DNA of 64,000 nucleotides from Arsenophonus endosymbiont of Ceratovacuna japonica (GTDB lineage: Bacteria > Pseudomonadota > Gammaproteobacteria > Enterobacterales > Enterobacteriaceae). A model generated the notes under the pieces. That model was not told where the DNA came from. It made no database searches and saw only the letters and a program-made list of their open reading frames with translations. Below, one piece after another: positions 12,282 through 24,661 of this stretch (within the stretch, counting starts at the first letter, position 1; each line of letters opens with the position of its first letter). The position numbers and the translations under genes are program-made. The stretch is from the NCBI GenBank assembly GCA_024349725.1, contig AP026064.1, positions 144,592 through 208,591 of the forward strand, given 5' to 3'.

Positions 12282-12991
12282 AATAAAAAGCAACCTCTTT
12301 ACCACATACTAAATATATTATTTAAATATTAAATAATTAATAAAATTAACAAATTTAAAAAATTAATAATTTTTTAAATAAAATTTACTAATATAATATT
12401 TAATTAATATATATAATTATTAATATAATTTTGATAAATATATAAATTTAATATGTTTTAAATTTAAAATTATTTATATTTAAAATTAAATAATAGAATA
12501 ATTATTAATTAATATATATAATAATAAATAATATAACATTATTATAATAAATAAATTAAGTTTTTAATTTAATTATTTAATTAAATATATCATCTAATTA
12601 ATTATAATAGTTATTATATGAGTTTATATATTAAATATGGAAAAATAAAAAATAAAAAAATATATATCTATATTATATGTAAATATTTAAAGTTTTAATA
12701 CAATATATATATAATAAAAAAATAAATTTTTATTTAAAAAATTTTACATAATTTATTTAATATTTATTATTAAATAATAATTATTTATATAAATATAATA
12801 ATAAAATTTTACAAAAAACAAAAATTTATATTGTAAGATATTAATTTTAATATATAGTAATATTAAATGTTTTTTATTTTAAATTTAATATTATTTAAAT
12901 TTAATGTATTTAATATTACAATAATATTATTATATAAAATAAAATATTATTTTATAATTATTTACCTAATTAATAAATTATATAAATAATA

Positions 12992-13207
12992 TTATTTTTT
13001 TATATTTGGCAAATTAAATCTTTGATTAAATTTATTAATACGTCCTCCCGAAGTTATATCACGTTGCTTACCTGTATAAAATGAATGACATTTACCACAA
13101 ACATCTAAACTTAGATTATAATTAGAGGTTGATTTAATTTTCATTAAATTACCACAAGAACAAGTTGCAATAACTTCTTTATATTTAGGATGAATATTTT
13201 TTTTCAT
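12992..13207 (-). CDS. rpmE: 50S ribosomal protein L31 (Zn-ribbon form)
   Basis: ORF track (71 aa). MKKNIHPKY..., with Cys pairs CSCG and CGKC. It is adjacent to priA as in E. coli. Confidence 0.95.
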   Translation of the reverse strand: MKKNIHPKYKEVIATCSCGNLMKIKSTSNYNLSLDVCGKCHSFYTGKQRDITSGGRINKFNQRFNLPNIKK

Positions 13208-13388
13208 AAAAACTCTATTTTTAATAAAATAATTTTTAAAAATTATAATGAAATAATTATAATTTTAAATTTATTTAAAATTATATAGAAAATATTTTTA
13301 TAGCACAATAAATTTTCTTTAAATAATGAAATATTAAATTTTTATAAATTATATATGTATATAAATAATAATTAGGATAACATTCATA

Positions 13389-15584
13389 ATGTTTATTGTT
13401 CAAGTAGCAATTCCAATTTCTACGATAAGTGTTTTTAATTATAAATTTAATCTTTCTTTACCTTTACCAAATAAAGGTTGTAGAGTATTAGTACCTTTTG
13501 GTAATCGTATAATTATTGGTATTGTATTATCACATAATCAAAATATTAACATAAATCATAAACAATTGAAAATTATAAAACAAATTTTAGATAAAAATTC
13601 GTTATTTACTAGTAGTTTATGGTCATTATTATTATGGTCTTCTAAATACTATCATCATCCAATTGGTAAAATATTATTTTATGTACTACCTGTTTTATTA
13701 AGAAAAGGTAAATTAGTAAAATTTTCCCCTATATTACAATGGCACGTTACTCAACAAGGTAAAAAATTTATACTAGAGAAACTTAAAAATTCACCAAAAC
13801 AACAACGAGCTCTTGCCTTACTACAAAAAAAATCAATTTATTGTCATCAAATAATGCAATATAAATTAAGTAAATATGTATTACAAAATCTTAAAAATAA
13901 ATTATTAATTCAATTATCACCAACTCAACCTAAAGTAGAAGATTGGCATATTAATTTTCATATTTGTGGTATAAAACCAAAACTTAACTTAGAACAGTCA
14001 ATAGCAGTAAAAGAAATAAATTCTAAATTAACATTTATACCTTGGTTATTGGTTGGTATTAATGGTTCAGATAAAACAGAAGTTTATCTTAATGTTATTG
14101 AAAATATTTTATTACAAGGTAAACAAATATTAGTTCTAGTTCCTGAAATTAATCTTATAACTCAAATTACTAAAATATTTATAAAACGTTTTAATATTCC
14201 AATAGATATATTACATTCTGCATTAAATAATAATAAAAAATTAGATATTTGGTTACGTGCTAAAACAGGAAAGAACGCAATTATAATTGGTACAAGATCT
14301 GCATTATTTACATCATTTAATAATCTTGGTTTAATTATTATTGATGAAGAACATGATAATTCTTATAAACAATCATATGGTTGGTGTTATCATGCTCGTG
14401 ATTTGGCAGTTTTATTAGCTAAAAAAAATAATATCCCAATTATTCTGGGAACAGAAACTCCTTCAATAGAAAGTTTATATAATATTAAACGAGGAAAATA
14501 TTATCGTTTAGATTTAAATAAACGAACTGGAAATGTAAAATTAGTAAATCAATATTTAATTGATTTAAAAGGACAATCATTAACACATGGTATATCAAAA
14601 CCATTAATTAAATATATTAAAAAGCATTTAACTAATAATAATCAAGTAATGCTTTTTTTAAATCGTCGTGGATATTCACCAATATTAATTTGTCATGATT
14701 GTAGTTGGATTTTTGAGTGTTTACGTTGCAATCATTATTATACATTACATAATAATAAACATAAGTTATGTTGTCACCAATGTAATAATCAACAATCAAT
14801 TCCAATACAGTGTTTACATTGTGGATCAACTTATTTATTACCTATAGGTTTAGGTACTGAACAATTAGAAGAAGCAATTAAAAAAATTTTCCCTAATATT
14901 CCAGTTACACGTATTGATAAAGATACTACTAGATCAAAAGGATTGTTAGAAAAACAATTAAAAATTATTTATACAGGTGGCGCTAGAGTTTTAATTGGCA
15001 CACAAATGTTAGCTAAAGGACACTATTTTCCTGATGTTACTTTGATTGCTTTAATAAATATAGATGGAGTTTTTTTTTCTAGTGATTATAGAGCAACAGA
15101 AAAATTTGCTCAATTTTATATTCAAATATCTAGACGAATTGGTAGATCTGGTAAAAATGGTGAAATAATTTTACAAACTCATTATCCTGATCATCCATTA
15201 TTATCTACTTTATTACAAAAAGGATATAATGCATTTGCTATAGAAATATTAGAAGAACGATGTGATGTTTTTTTACCACCATATAGTAGTCATGTTTTAA
15301 TTAATTCAGAAGATTATAATAATCAGTCTGCATTAAATTTTTTAAATAAACTTCGAAAATATATAGAACAATATTGTATATGTAGTTCACAACTTTTATT
15401 AATAGGTCCAAAACCTGCAATTAAAGTTAAGATAGCAGGTCGTTTTCGATGGAATTTATTATTTCAACACCCATCACGTTTATATTTACAACAATTTTTA
15501 TCATATTTAATACCTACAATAATTAAATATCCTGAAAGTAAAAAAGTAAAATGGAGTATTAATGTTGATCCAATTGAAAATTAA
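13389..15584 (+). CDS. priA: Primosomal protein N' (replication restart helicase PriA)
   Basis: ORF track (731 aa). Colinear with E. coli PriA: motif II IIIDEEHD, Cys-rich Zn region CHDCSWIFECLRCNHYYTLH..CCHQCN..CLHCGS, and C-terminus KVKWSINVDPIE. Walker A reads GINGSDKT instead of GVTGSGKT (see findings). Confidence 0.93.
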   Translation: MFIVQVAIPISTISVFNYKFNLSLPLPNKGCRVLVPFGNRIIIGIVLSHNQNININHKQLKIIKQILDKNSLFTSSLWSLLLWSSKYYHHPIGKILFYVLPVLLRKGKLVKFSPILQWHVTQQGKKFILEKLKNSPKQQRALALLQKKSIYCHQIMQYKLSKYVLQNLKNKLLIQLSPTQPKVEDWHINFHICGIKPKLNLEQSIAVKEINSKLTFIPWLLVGINGSDKTEVYLNVIENILLQGKQILVLVPEINLITQITKIFIKRFNIPIDILHSALNNNKKLDIWLRAKTGKNAIIIGTRSALFTSFNNLGLIIIDEEHDNSYKQSYGWCYHARDLAVLLAKKNNIPIILGTETPSIESLYNIKRGKYYRLDLNKRTGNVKLVNQYLIDLKGQSLTHGISKPLIKYIKKHLTNNNQVMLFLNRRGYSPILICHDCSWIFECLRCNHYYTLHNNKHKLCCHQCNNQQSIPIQCLHCGSTYLLPIGLGTEQLEEAIKKIFPNIPVTRIDKDTTRSKGLLEKQLKIIYTGGARVLIGTQMLAKGHYFPDVTLIALINIDGVFFSSDYRATEKFAQFYIQISRRIGRSGKNGEIILQTHYPDHPLLSTLLQKGYNAFAIEILEERCDVFLPPYSSHVLINSEDYNNQSALNFLNKLRKYIEQYCICSSQLLLIGPKPAIKVKIAGRFRWNLLFQHPSRLYLQQFLSYLIPTIIKYPESKKVKWSINVDPIEN

Positions 15585-15974
15585 TTTTTTTATTAATAAA
15601 ATTTATTTAAGTAGAATATATATATTAATAGAAAATTATATAATATATAAAATTATTTATTTTTTTTAAAATTAATTTTTTTTTGATAAAAATTTTATAT
15701 CATTAATTATTTTAATATAATATTATTTATTTTATTTTATAATTAATTTTTTATAAAAATTTATAAATATAATATAATAATTAATATATAAAATAATTTT
15801 TATAATATTATTTTATAATATTTATTAATTATTTTTTTTAAAACTATTATTATTTAAAATTAATATAATATAATTATAAATAAAATTAATAAATTATTAT
15901 TTTAATGTTATAATACATTATAAAATATATAAAATAATAAATACTTTATAATATTTTAACGTTATTTTTTATAA

Positions 15975-16988
15975 CTATAAATTAATTGGTATTTTATTTA
16001 ATTTTCCACTTACTTCTCTAACTAATCTTGGTACAAGGTATCCTGATAAACGCGTAAGTAATTCTTTCATTATTATTTTAGCTTTTTTATCTGTTACCAT
16101 AAAATGAGAAGCTCCTTGAACTTTATCTAATAAATGTAAATAATAAGGTAATATTCCACTGTCAAATAATTTATTACTTAATTTAGTTAAACAATCAGAA
16201 TTATCATTTACTCCTCGCAATAATACACTTTGATTTAATAAAATAACATTCACTTTTTTTAATTGTTCTATAGAATTAACAAAATTATCATCAATTTCAT
16301 TAGCATGATTAATATGTGTAACCATAATAATATGTAATCTAGAAACATTAAAACGTTGACATAATGTTTTAGTAATACGTGCAGGAATAACTACTGGTAA
16401 TCTACTATGAATCCTAAGTCTTTTAATATGATATATTAATTCTAATTTTGATATTAACCAATCTAACTCATGATCTTTTGCCATTAAAGGATCACCACCT
16501 GAGAATATAACTTCTTTAAGTTCAGTATGTTGTTGAATATAATTTAATGCAATTTGCCAATTATATTTATTACCTTGATTTTTTTTATATGGAAAGTGAC
16601 GACGGAAACAATATCTACAATTAATAGCACAATGGCTTTTAACTAATAATAAAACTCTATCTTTATATTTATGCAATAATCCAGGAATTTTATTATTTTG
16701 TTCATTTAGAGGATTATTAGAAAATAATGGTATGATATTAAATTCTGATTTTTTTGTTATTACTTGTCGTAAAAGTGGATCATTAGCATTTCCAATTTGC
16801 ATTTTTGCAATAAAAGGATAAGGTACACGTAATGGAAATAAAACTTTAGCATTAATTCCAGCGCGTAATTCTAAATTGTTTTGTAATGATAATAAATTAA
16901 GTAATTTATTAGGATCAGTAACAGATTCCGCAAGTTGTTTTAACCAAATATCTCTAGTAGTTTTTTTTTGAGTTATAATATTTAACAT
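15975..16988 (-). CDS. epmB: EF-P beta-lysylation protein EpmB (lysine 2,3-aminomutase family, radical SAM)
   Basis: The ORF track gives 15975..17003, starting at a TTG. The ATG at 16988 gives MLNIITQKKTTRDIWLKQLAES, which matches the length of the E. coli EpmB N-terminus (MAHIVTLNTPSREDWLTQLADV). Radical-SAM motif CAINCRYCFRR. It is divergent from efp as in E. coli. Confidence 0.9.
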   Translation of the reverse strand: MLNIITQKKTTRDIWLKQLAESVTDPNKLLNLLSLQNNLELRAGINAKVLFPLRVPYPFIAKMQIGNANDPLLRQVITKKSEFNIIPLFSNNPLNEQNNKIPGLLHKYKDRVLLLVKSHCAINCRYCFRRHFPYKKNQGNKYNWQIALNYIQQHTELKEVIFSGGDPLMAKDHELDWLISKLELIYHIKRLRIHSRLPVVIPARITKTLCQRFNVSRLHIIMVTHINHANEIDDNFVNSIEQLKKVNVILLNQSVLLRGVNDNSDCLTKLSNKLFDSGILPYYLHLLDKVQGASHFMVTDKKAKIIMKELLTRLSGYLVPRLVREVSGKLNKIPINL

Positions 16989-17029
16989 TTTTAATGATAC
17001 CAAATTGTACTTAAAAAGTAGAGGTTTTT

Positions 17030-17596
17030 ATGATTAGTTATAATACCAATAAATTTCGTTCAGGTCTTAAAATTATATTAGATAATGAACCTTGTGTAAT
17101 TATAGAAAGTGAATTTATTAAACCAGGTAAAGGACAATCATTTGCTCGTGTACGTATTCGTAAATTAATTTCTAATAAATTATTAGACAAAATATTTAAA
17201 TCAACTGATTTTGTAAAAAGTGCTGATGTTGTAGATTTAAATTTAATTTATTTATACAATGATAATGAATTTTGGTATTTTATGAATAAAAAAACTTTTG
17301 AACAATTAGCTGTTAATAAAAAAATAGTTGGTGATAATAAAAAATGGTTAATTGATCAAGTTAATTGTATTATTACATTATGGAACAAACAACCAATTAC
17401 TATTATTCCACCAAATTTTGTAGAATTAAAGGTAATTAATACAAATCCCAGTTTAAAGGGAAATTCAATATGTACTGGTAATAAATTTGCAACTTTAAGC
17501 ACTGGAGCTGTAGTAAAAGTTCCATTATTTATTCAAATTGGTAAAATAATTAAAATTGATACTCGATATGGTGAATATGTTTCTCAAGTTAAATAG
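17030..17596 (+). CDS. efp: Elongation factor P
   Basis: ORF track (188 aa). The conserved loop [16 protein letters not shown] carries the modifiable Lys. GAGG lies 5 nt upstream of the ATG. Confidence 0.95.
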   Translation: MISYNTNKFRSGLKIILDNEPCVIIESEFIKPGKGQSFARVRIRKLISNKLLDKIFKSTDFVKSADVVDLNLIYLYNDNEFWYFMNKKTFEQLAVNKKIVGDNKKWLIDQVNCIITLWNKQPITIIPPNFVELKVINTNPSLKGNSICTGNKFATLSTGAVVKVPLFIQIGKIIKIDTRYGEYVSQVK

Positions 17597-17652
17597 TATT
17601 TAAATAAAATAATATTAATATAATTAAATAACAAATAAATAATTTTAATAAT

Positions 17653-17686
17653 AAAACCCTAAGTAAAAAAATAAACTTAGGGTTTT
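17653..17686. terminator. Bidirectional rho-independent terminator between convergent efp and groEL
   Basis: AAAACCCTAAGT (17653-17664) is the exact reverse complement of ACTTAGGGTTTT (17675-17686), with a 10-nt loop. The core CCCTAAGT/ACTTAGGG is G/C-containing and flanked by an A-tract and a T-tract, so it can terminate in both directions. Confidence 0.7.
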
Positions 17687-17723
17687 ATAGTGATAAAATA
17701 ATTATATAAGAATATTAATAATC

Positions 17724-19397
<1,674 letters not shown>

Positions 19398-19426
19398 TTA
19401 ATTTATAAAATTTAATAAACAATGAA

Positions 19427-19720
19427 TTATTTTTCAACAATCGCCAGAATATCGCTTTCTGACATAATTAATAATTCTTCATTATCAATTTTTTCTGTCT
19501 TTACGCTATATCCATCATTAAAAATAATTGTATCACCAACTTTTACATCTAATGATTTAATTTCACCATTTTCTAAGATGCGACCGTTACCAACAGCTAA
19601 TACCTTACCTCTAGTTGATTTACCTGCAGCAGAACTAGTTAAAACAATACCACCAGCAGATTTAGATTCAACTTCTTCACGCTTGATGATAACTCGATCA
19701 TGCAATGGACGAATCTTCAT
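19427..19720 (-). CDS. groES: Co-chaperonin GroES (Hsp10)
   Basis: ORF track (97 aa). [14 protein letters not shown]..., immediately upstream of groEL. Confidence 0.98.
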   Translation of the reverse strand: MKIRPLHDRVIIKREEVESKSAGGIVLTSSAAGKSTRGKVLAVGNGRILENGEIKSLDVKVGDTIIFNDGYSVKTEKIDNEELLIMSESDILAIVEK

Positions 19721-19803
19721 TAATAGATCTCCTATAAATAAAATCCATAAAAGTAAACAAAAATAATATTAACATATTTTATTAAATTAATATTATATTA
19801 AGT

Positions 19804-19834
19804 ATATGGGGTTAATTAATATTAGTTCAAGGGG
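19804..19834 (-). promoter_or_regulatory. Sigma-32 (RpoH) heat-shock promoter of groES-groEL
   Basis: The minus strand reads CCCCTTGAA-(14 nt CTAATATTAATTAA)-CCCCATAT, about 85-115 nt upstream of the groES ATG. It matches the E. coli sigma-32 consensus (CCCTTGAA, 13-17 nt spacer, CCCCATNT). These are the only G/C runs in this spacer. Confidence 0.65.
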
Positions 19835-19907
19835 ATATATAAAATTTTTTCATTTTTTAAAATAAAATTACTAATATTTTTTATTTTTTATTGTTTTGTT
19901 AAAATAT

Positions 19908-20381
19908 TTATTTTTTATATTTAATATTATTTGATGAAAAATTAGATTTTTTTTTAAAATCACCTTCATAAGTTTTTCCTTTTGAATAAGTATTAAAATT
20001 ATTTTTAATTATTATATTAGTAGAATAAAAATAAATATGTTTTATAAATTTTGTAACTATAAATTTTTGAATTGGATAAAATAGTAATAATAATCCTAAA
20101 AAATCAGTTAAAAAGCCAGGTAAAATTAATAATATTCCAGAAATTAATAATGCTATATTTTGAATTATTTCATTAGTTGGATTTTTACCATTAGTTAATT
20201 TATATCGAATTAGCAATAAGTTTTTAATTCCTTTACTTTTTACTAAAGAAACACCAAGTGATGATGTTAAAATTCCTAATATTAAAGTAGATAATATACC
20301 AATATTCTCAGTTAACTTGATAAAAATAATAGATTCTACATAAATCAATAAACATAAAAGTATGAATGAAATCCAACGCAT
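19908..20381 (-). CDS. fxsA: FxsA family inner-membrane protein
   Basis: ORF track (157 aa). MRWISFILLCLLIYVESIIFIKLTENIGILSTLILGILTSSLG is FxsA-like. It is next to groES as in E. coli (fxsA..groSL). Confidence 0.8.
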   Translation of the reverse strand: MRWISFILLCLLIYVESIIFIKLTENIGILSTLILGILTSSLGVSLVKSKGIKNLLLIRYKLTNGKNPTNEIIQNIALLISGILLILPGFLTDFLGLLLLFYPIQKFIVTKFIKHIYFYSTNIIIKNNFNTYSKGKTYEGDFKKKSNFSSNNIKYKK

Positions 20382-20437
20382 ATAATTCTCCTAAAATTTA
20401 TTAATAAAATTACAACTTATTAATTTAGTAAAAATTT

Positions 20438-20481
20438 TTATATATAATAATATTTATTATAATAAATATTATTATATATAA
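20438..20481. repeat. Perfect 44-bp A/T palindrome (22+22, no spacer)
   Basis: Verified base by base: 20438-20459 (TTATATATAATAATATTTATTA) is the exact reverse complement of 20460-20481. It lies in the divergent fxsA-murJ spacer. Confidence 0.95.
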
Positions 20482-20626
20482 TTAATATTATATTTATATA
20501 ATTATTTTAAATTTTAATAAATATTTATTTTTTATATTTTATTAAATAAATAATTACTATAATTTATAATTATACAATTATAAATAATAATGATATAATT
20601 TATAATTATTATTAATAAGATATTAT

Positions 20627-22162
20627 ATGAATTTATTAAAATCTTTAGTATCAATAAGTTTTATTACCATGTTTTCTCGTATACTAGGATTTATTCGTGA
20701 TTTAATCATTGCGAGTTTTTTTGGTATTGGTGCAGAAACTGATTCTTTTTTTATTGCTTTTAGATTACCTAATTTATTGCGTAGAATTTTTGCTGAAGGA
20801 GCATTTTCTCAAGCATTTATACCTATTTTAGTAGAATATAAAAATAATAAATGTGATAGAGATACTCGTATTTTTATTTCTTATATTTCTGGTTTATTAA
20901 TATTAATTTTAACTATTATTACTTTAATAGGTATATTAGTTGCACCTTGGATTATTTATATTATAGCACCAGGTTTTATTTATGCATCAGATAATATTAA
21001 TTTAACTTTTTATTTATTACGTATTACTTTTCCTTATATTTTATTTATATCTTTAGCATCATTGTCTAGTGCTATTTTAAATCTTTGGAATTATTTTTTT
21101 ATTCCTGCTTTCACACCTACTTTACTTAATATTAGTATGATTATATCAGTACTTTTATTATCACAGTATTGTCAACCATCTATAATAGCATTAGCATGGG
21201 GAGTTTTTATTGGTGGAATTTTACAATTGTTATATCAATTGCCTTTTTTATATAAAATTGGAATGTTAGTTTTACCTGTGATCTCTTTTTATAATAAAGG
21301 AATATATAAAGTAATTAAGTTAATAATTCCAGCTCTTATAGGGGTTTCGGTAAGCCAAATTTCTTTAATTATTAATACTATTTTTTCATCATTTCTACAA
21401 TCAGGGTCTGTTTCATGGATGTATTATGCTGATAGATTGATGGAATTTCCTATTGGTGTTTTAGGTGTGGCACTTAGTACTATTTTATTGCCAGCTTTAA
21501 CAAAAAGTTTTTCCATTGGTAATTATAAAAGATATCAGTTCTTAATAGATTGGGGATTGAGACTTTGTTTTTTATTAGCATTACCTTGTGCTATTATATT
21601 AGGTATTTTATCTGAACCTTTAATTATATCACTTTTTCAATATGGTAATTTTACTGCTTATGATGTCTTAATGACTAAAAATGCATTAATTGCTTACTCT
21701 ATCGGTTTAATTGGATTTATTATTATTAAAGTATTAGCACCTGGTTTTTATTCAAGAAAAGATACAAAAACACCAGTTAAAATAGCAATTATTACTTTAA
21801 TTTTAACACAATTAATGAATTTAATTTTTATTAAATCATTAAAACATACTGGATTAGCTTTATCAATTAGTTTAGCAGCTTGTTTTAATGCATTAATGCT
21901 ATATTGGAAATTGCGATGTAAAAAAATTTTTATTCCATTACCAGGTTGGCGCAAATTTTTCTTAAAATTAATTACTTCTTTAACTACTATGATAATAGTA
22001 TTATTATTAATATTAAATTTTATGCCAATATGGGATCAAGGAAATATGTTAATGCGTATTATACGATTATTATTAGTACTTTTTGCAGGATTAATAACCT
22101 ATTTTACAACATTATTTTTTTTTGGTTTTCGTTTACATGATTTTTCAAAACAAATAAATTAG
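20627..22162 (+). CDS. murJ: Lipid II flippase MurJ (MviN)
   Basis: ORF track (511 aa). [33 protein letters not shown] matches E. coli MurJ [33 protein letters not shown]. Polytopic membrane protein. Confidence 0.93.
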   Translation: MNLLKSLVSISFITMFSRILGFIRDLIIASFFGIGAETDSFFIAFRLPNLLRRIFAEGAFSQAFIPILVEYKNNKCDRDTRIFISYISGLLILILTIITLIGILVAPWIIYIIAPGFIYASDNINLTFYLLRITFPYILFISLASLSSAILNLWNYFFIPAFTPTLLNISMIISVLLLSQYCQPSIIALAWGVFIGGILQLLYQLPFLYKIGMLVLPVISFYNKGIYKVIKLIIPALIGVSVSQISLIINTIFSSFLQSGSVSWMYYADRLMEFPIGVLGVALSTILLPALTKSFSIGNYKRYQFLIDWGLRLCFLLALPCAIILGILSEPLIISLFQYGNFTAYDVLMTKNALIAYSIGLIGFIIIKVLAPGFYSRKDTKTPVKIAIITLILTQLMNLIFIKSLKHTGLALSISLAACFNALMLYWKLRCKKIFIPLPGWRKFFLKLITSLTTMIIVLLLILNFMPIWDQGNMLMRIIRLLLVLFAGLITYFTTLFFFGFRLHDFSKQIN

Positions 22163-22513
22163 TTAATTATATAATTAAATTATTATATATAAAATAAAAC
22201 TATTTAAACTATTAAAATATAATTAAAATTATTATGTTTTTATTTAATAAAATATAAATTAAAAGAAATATAATATTAATATTTAATTATTTTTTATAAT
22301 ATTACATAAAATATTATAATATATAAAAAATTATTAATTCATTTAATGAATAAATTAATAATTAAATTAAACTTAAATATTAAAAATAAACAAAATATTT
22401 ATATCATTTAAATTAATAATAATTATATAAAATAATAAATAAAATTTACTATATAAATAATTAATAATTAATTATAATTTAATAATATTTTAGATTACAT
22501 TAATAATTTAATT

Positions 22514-24019
22514 TTAATTATAAATTTCTAAATTATTAATTTTATTGTATTCTTTTGATTGATTATTATTACGTAAATTTTCTAAATAATTCAAGTAAGT
22601 CTGATTAATATCTTGTGTAACATAAATACCATTAAATATTGAACATTCAAAAGTTTTAATATTTGGATTTCCTTCTCTAACAGCATCTATTAGGTCATTT
22701 AAATTTTGGAAAATTAAATTATCAGCACCAATAAGTTTACAAATCTCTTCTACTTTACGACCACTAGCAATTAATTCATTAGTAAATGGCATATCAATAC
22801 CATAAACATTGGGAAAACGAATTTCTGGTGATGCTGAAGCAAAATAGACTTTTTTTGCGCCAGCTTCACGAGCTAATGATACAATTTGTTTAGATGTTGT
22901 ACCACGCACAATTGAATCATCAACTAATAAAACATTTTTATTTTTAAATTCAGAGCGATTAACATTTAATTTACGACGAACTGATTTATTCCTTTCTTGT
23001 TGTGCATTCATAATAAAAGTACGACCTACATAACGATTTTTAACAAAACCTTGTCGATAGGGTTTATCTAGAATATAAGCTATTTCTAATGCACTATCAC
23101 AAGAAGTTTCAGGAATTGGTATAACAACATCAATATTTAAATGCTTCCATTGTTTAGAAATTTTAGTACCTAACTTTTGGCCCATTCGTAAACGAGATTG
23201 ATTAACTGATATTTTATCAATGAAAGAATCTGGTCTAGCTAAATAAACAAATTCAAATAAACAAGGAGTTAATTTTGGATTTTTTGCACATTGACGTGCA
23301 AAAAATTGACCATGTTCAGTAATATAAATAGCTTCACCTGGCGCAATATCTCTTAAAAATTTAAAACCAATGGTATCTAAAGCAACGCTTTCTGAGGCGA
23401 CTATATATTCATTTTTATTTTTCATTAATGTACGCTTACCAAGTACTAATGGGCGAATACCAAATGGGTCACGAAATGCTATTAAACCATGACCAATAAT
23501 TATTGCAACACAAGAATAAGCACCACGAATTTTATTATGCACAGAAGTAATAGCAGAAAAAATATCTTCTTCTGTTAAAGGGAAATGATTAAATTTATCA
23601 AATTCATGTGCAAGAACATTAAGTAAAAGTTCTGAGTCGGAAGAAGTATTTACATGACGTCTAGCTATTTTAAATAATGTTTTTCTTAATTCATGAGCAT
23701 TAGTTAAATTGCCATTATGAGTTAATGTAATACCAAAAGGAAAATTAACATAAAAAGGTTGAGCTTCAGAAGCACTAAAACTTCCATTTGTTGGATAACG
23801 AACATGACCAATTCCTATTTTACCACGTAAATATAACATATGATGATTAATAAATACATCTTTTACTAATCCATTTGACTTACGTAAAAAAAAGTGTTTA
23901 TTTTCATCAATAGTAGCAATACCTGCAGAATCTTGACCACGATGTTGAAGTACTGTTAATGCATCATAAATTAATTGATTAACCGGAGTAAAACCAATAA
24001 TTCCAACAATACCACACAT
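22514..24019 (-). CDS. purF: Amidophosphoribosyltransferase PurF
   Basis: ORF track (501 aa). N-terminal nucleophile MCGIVGI, and PRTase motif [13 protein letters not shown]. cvpA-purF order as in E. coli. Confidence 0.97.
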   Translation of the reverse strand: MCGIVGIIGFTPVNQLIYDALTVLQHRGQDSAGIATIDENKHFFLRKSNGLVKDVFINHHMLYLRGKIGIGHVRYPTNGSFSASEAQPFYVNFPFGITLTHNGNLTNAHELRKTLFKIARRHVNTSSDSELLLNVLAHEFDKFNHFPLTEEDIFSAITSVHNKIRGAYSCVAIIIGHGLIAFRDPFGIRPLVLGKRTLMKNKNEYIVASESVALDTIGFKFLRDIAPGEAIYITEHGQFFARQCAKNPKLTPCLFEFVYLARPDSFIDKISVNQSRLRMGQKLGTKISKQWKHLNIDVVIPIPETSCDSALEIAYILDKPYRQGFVKNRYVGRTFIMNAQQERNKSVRRKLNVNRSEFKNKNVLLVDDSIVRGTTSKQIVSLAREAGAKKVYFASASPEIRFPNVYGIDMPFTNELIASGRKVEEICKLIGADNLIFQNLNDLIDAVREGNPNIKTFECSIFNGIYVTQDINQTYLNYLENLRNNNQSKEYNKINNLEIYN

Positions 24020-24055
24020 TTATTTTTCCTTATTAATCAATTAAAATAATATTTT

Positions 24056-24535
24056 TTAGTAAAAATTTGATTTATTTTTTAAATAATTAAAAAACCATTT
24101 AATAATATAACTAAATTGAGGTATTAATTTAGAATGTTTCCAATCTTGACTTTTTGATAGATTAGTAAAAGTATCTATAAAAAATAAAATTATTGATACA
24201 ATTAATATACCGCGAAATATACCAAAACAAATACCTAATATATAATCAGTATTAAATAATCCTGTTTTTTTTATTAAAAAACTAATTATATAATTTATTA
24301 CAGAACGAATAACTAAAATTACAATAAATAAAAGTATAATAGCAATGCTATTTCTTATTAAAATATTATTAATATTAGTAATGTAATTTGATATATTATT
24401 ATAAAATTTACTTGTAATAAAAAATGCACTACCCAAAGTAATAAATGATAATAATTCTATAATAAAACCACGAATTAAACCAATTAATGTAGAAAAACAA
24501 ATAATAATAATAATAACATAATCAATCCAAATCAT
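24056..24535 (-). CDS. cvpA: Colicin V production membrane protein CvpA
   Basis: ORF track (159 aa). MIWIDYVIIIIICFSTLIGLIRGF matches E. coli CvpA MVWIDYAIIAVIAFSSLVSLIRGF. C-terminus ..LIPQFSYIIKWFFNYL. Confidence 0.9.
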   Translation of the reverse strand: MIWIDYVIIIIICFSTLIGLIRGFIIELLSFITLGSAFFITSKFYNNISNYITNINNILIRNSIAIILLFIVILVIRSVINYIISFLIKKTGLFNTDYILGICFGIFRGILIVSIILFFIDTFTNLSKSQDWKHSKLIPQFSYIIKWFFNYLKNKSNFY

Positions 24536-24661
24536 AAATTAAAACCTAAATAATACTGTTGATATGTTAGATATATATTAAATAAAAATAATATTTATAT
24601 TTAATTTTTATTTAAAAAGTATAATAAGTTAAGATAAAAATATAAATTATAATATATTAAT

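Noticed and set aside
19422-19766. 114-aa ORF on the plus strand covering the whole of groES
   Set aside because: It is exactly antisense to the strongly conserved groES. Its product is a low-complexity S/I/L/P-rich sequence with no recognisable family. Long antisense ORFs are expected opposite conserved, relatively G/C-rich genes.
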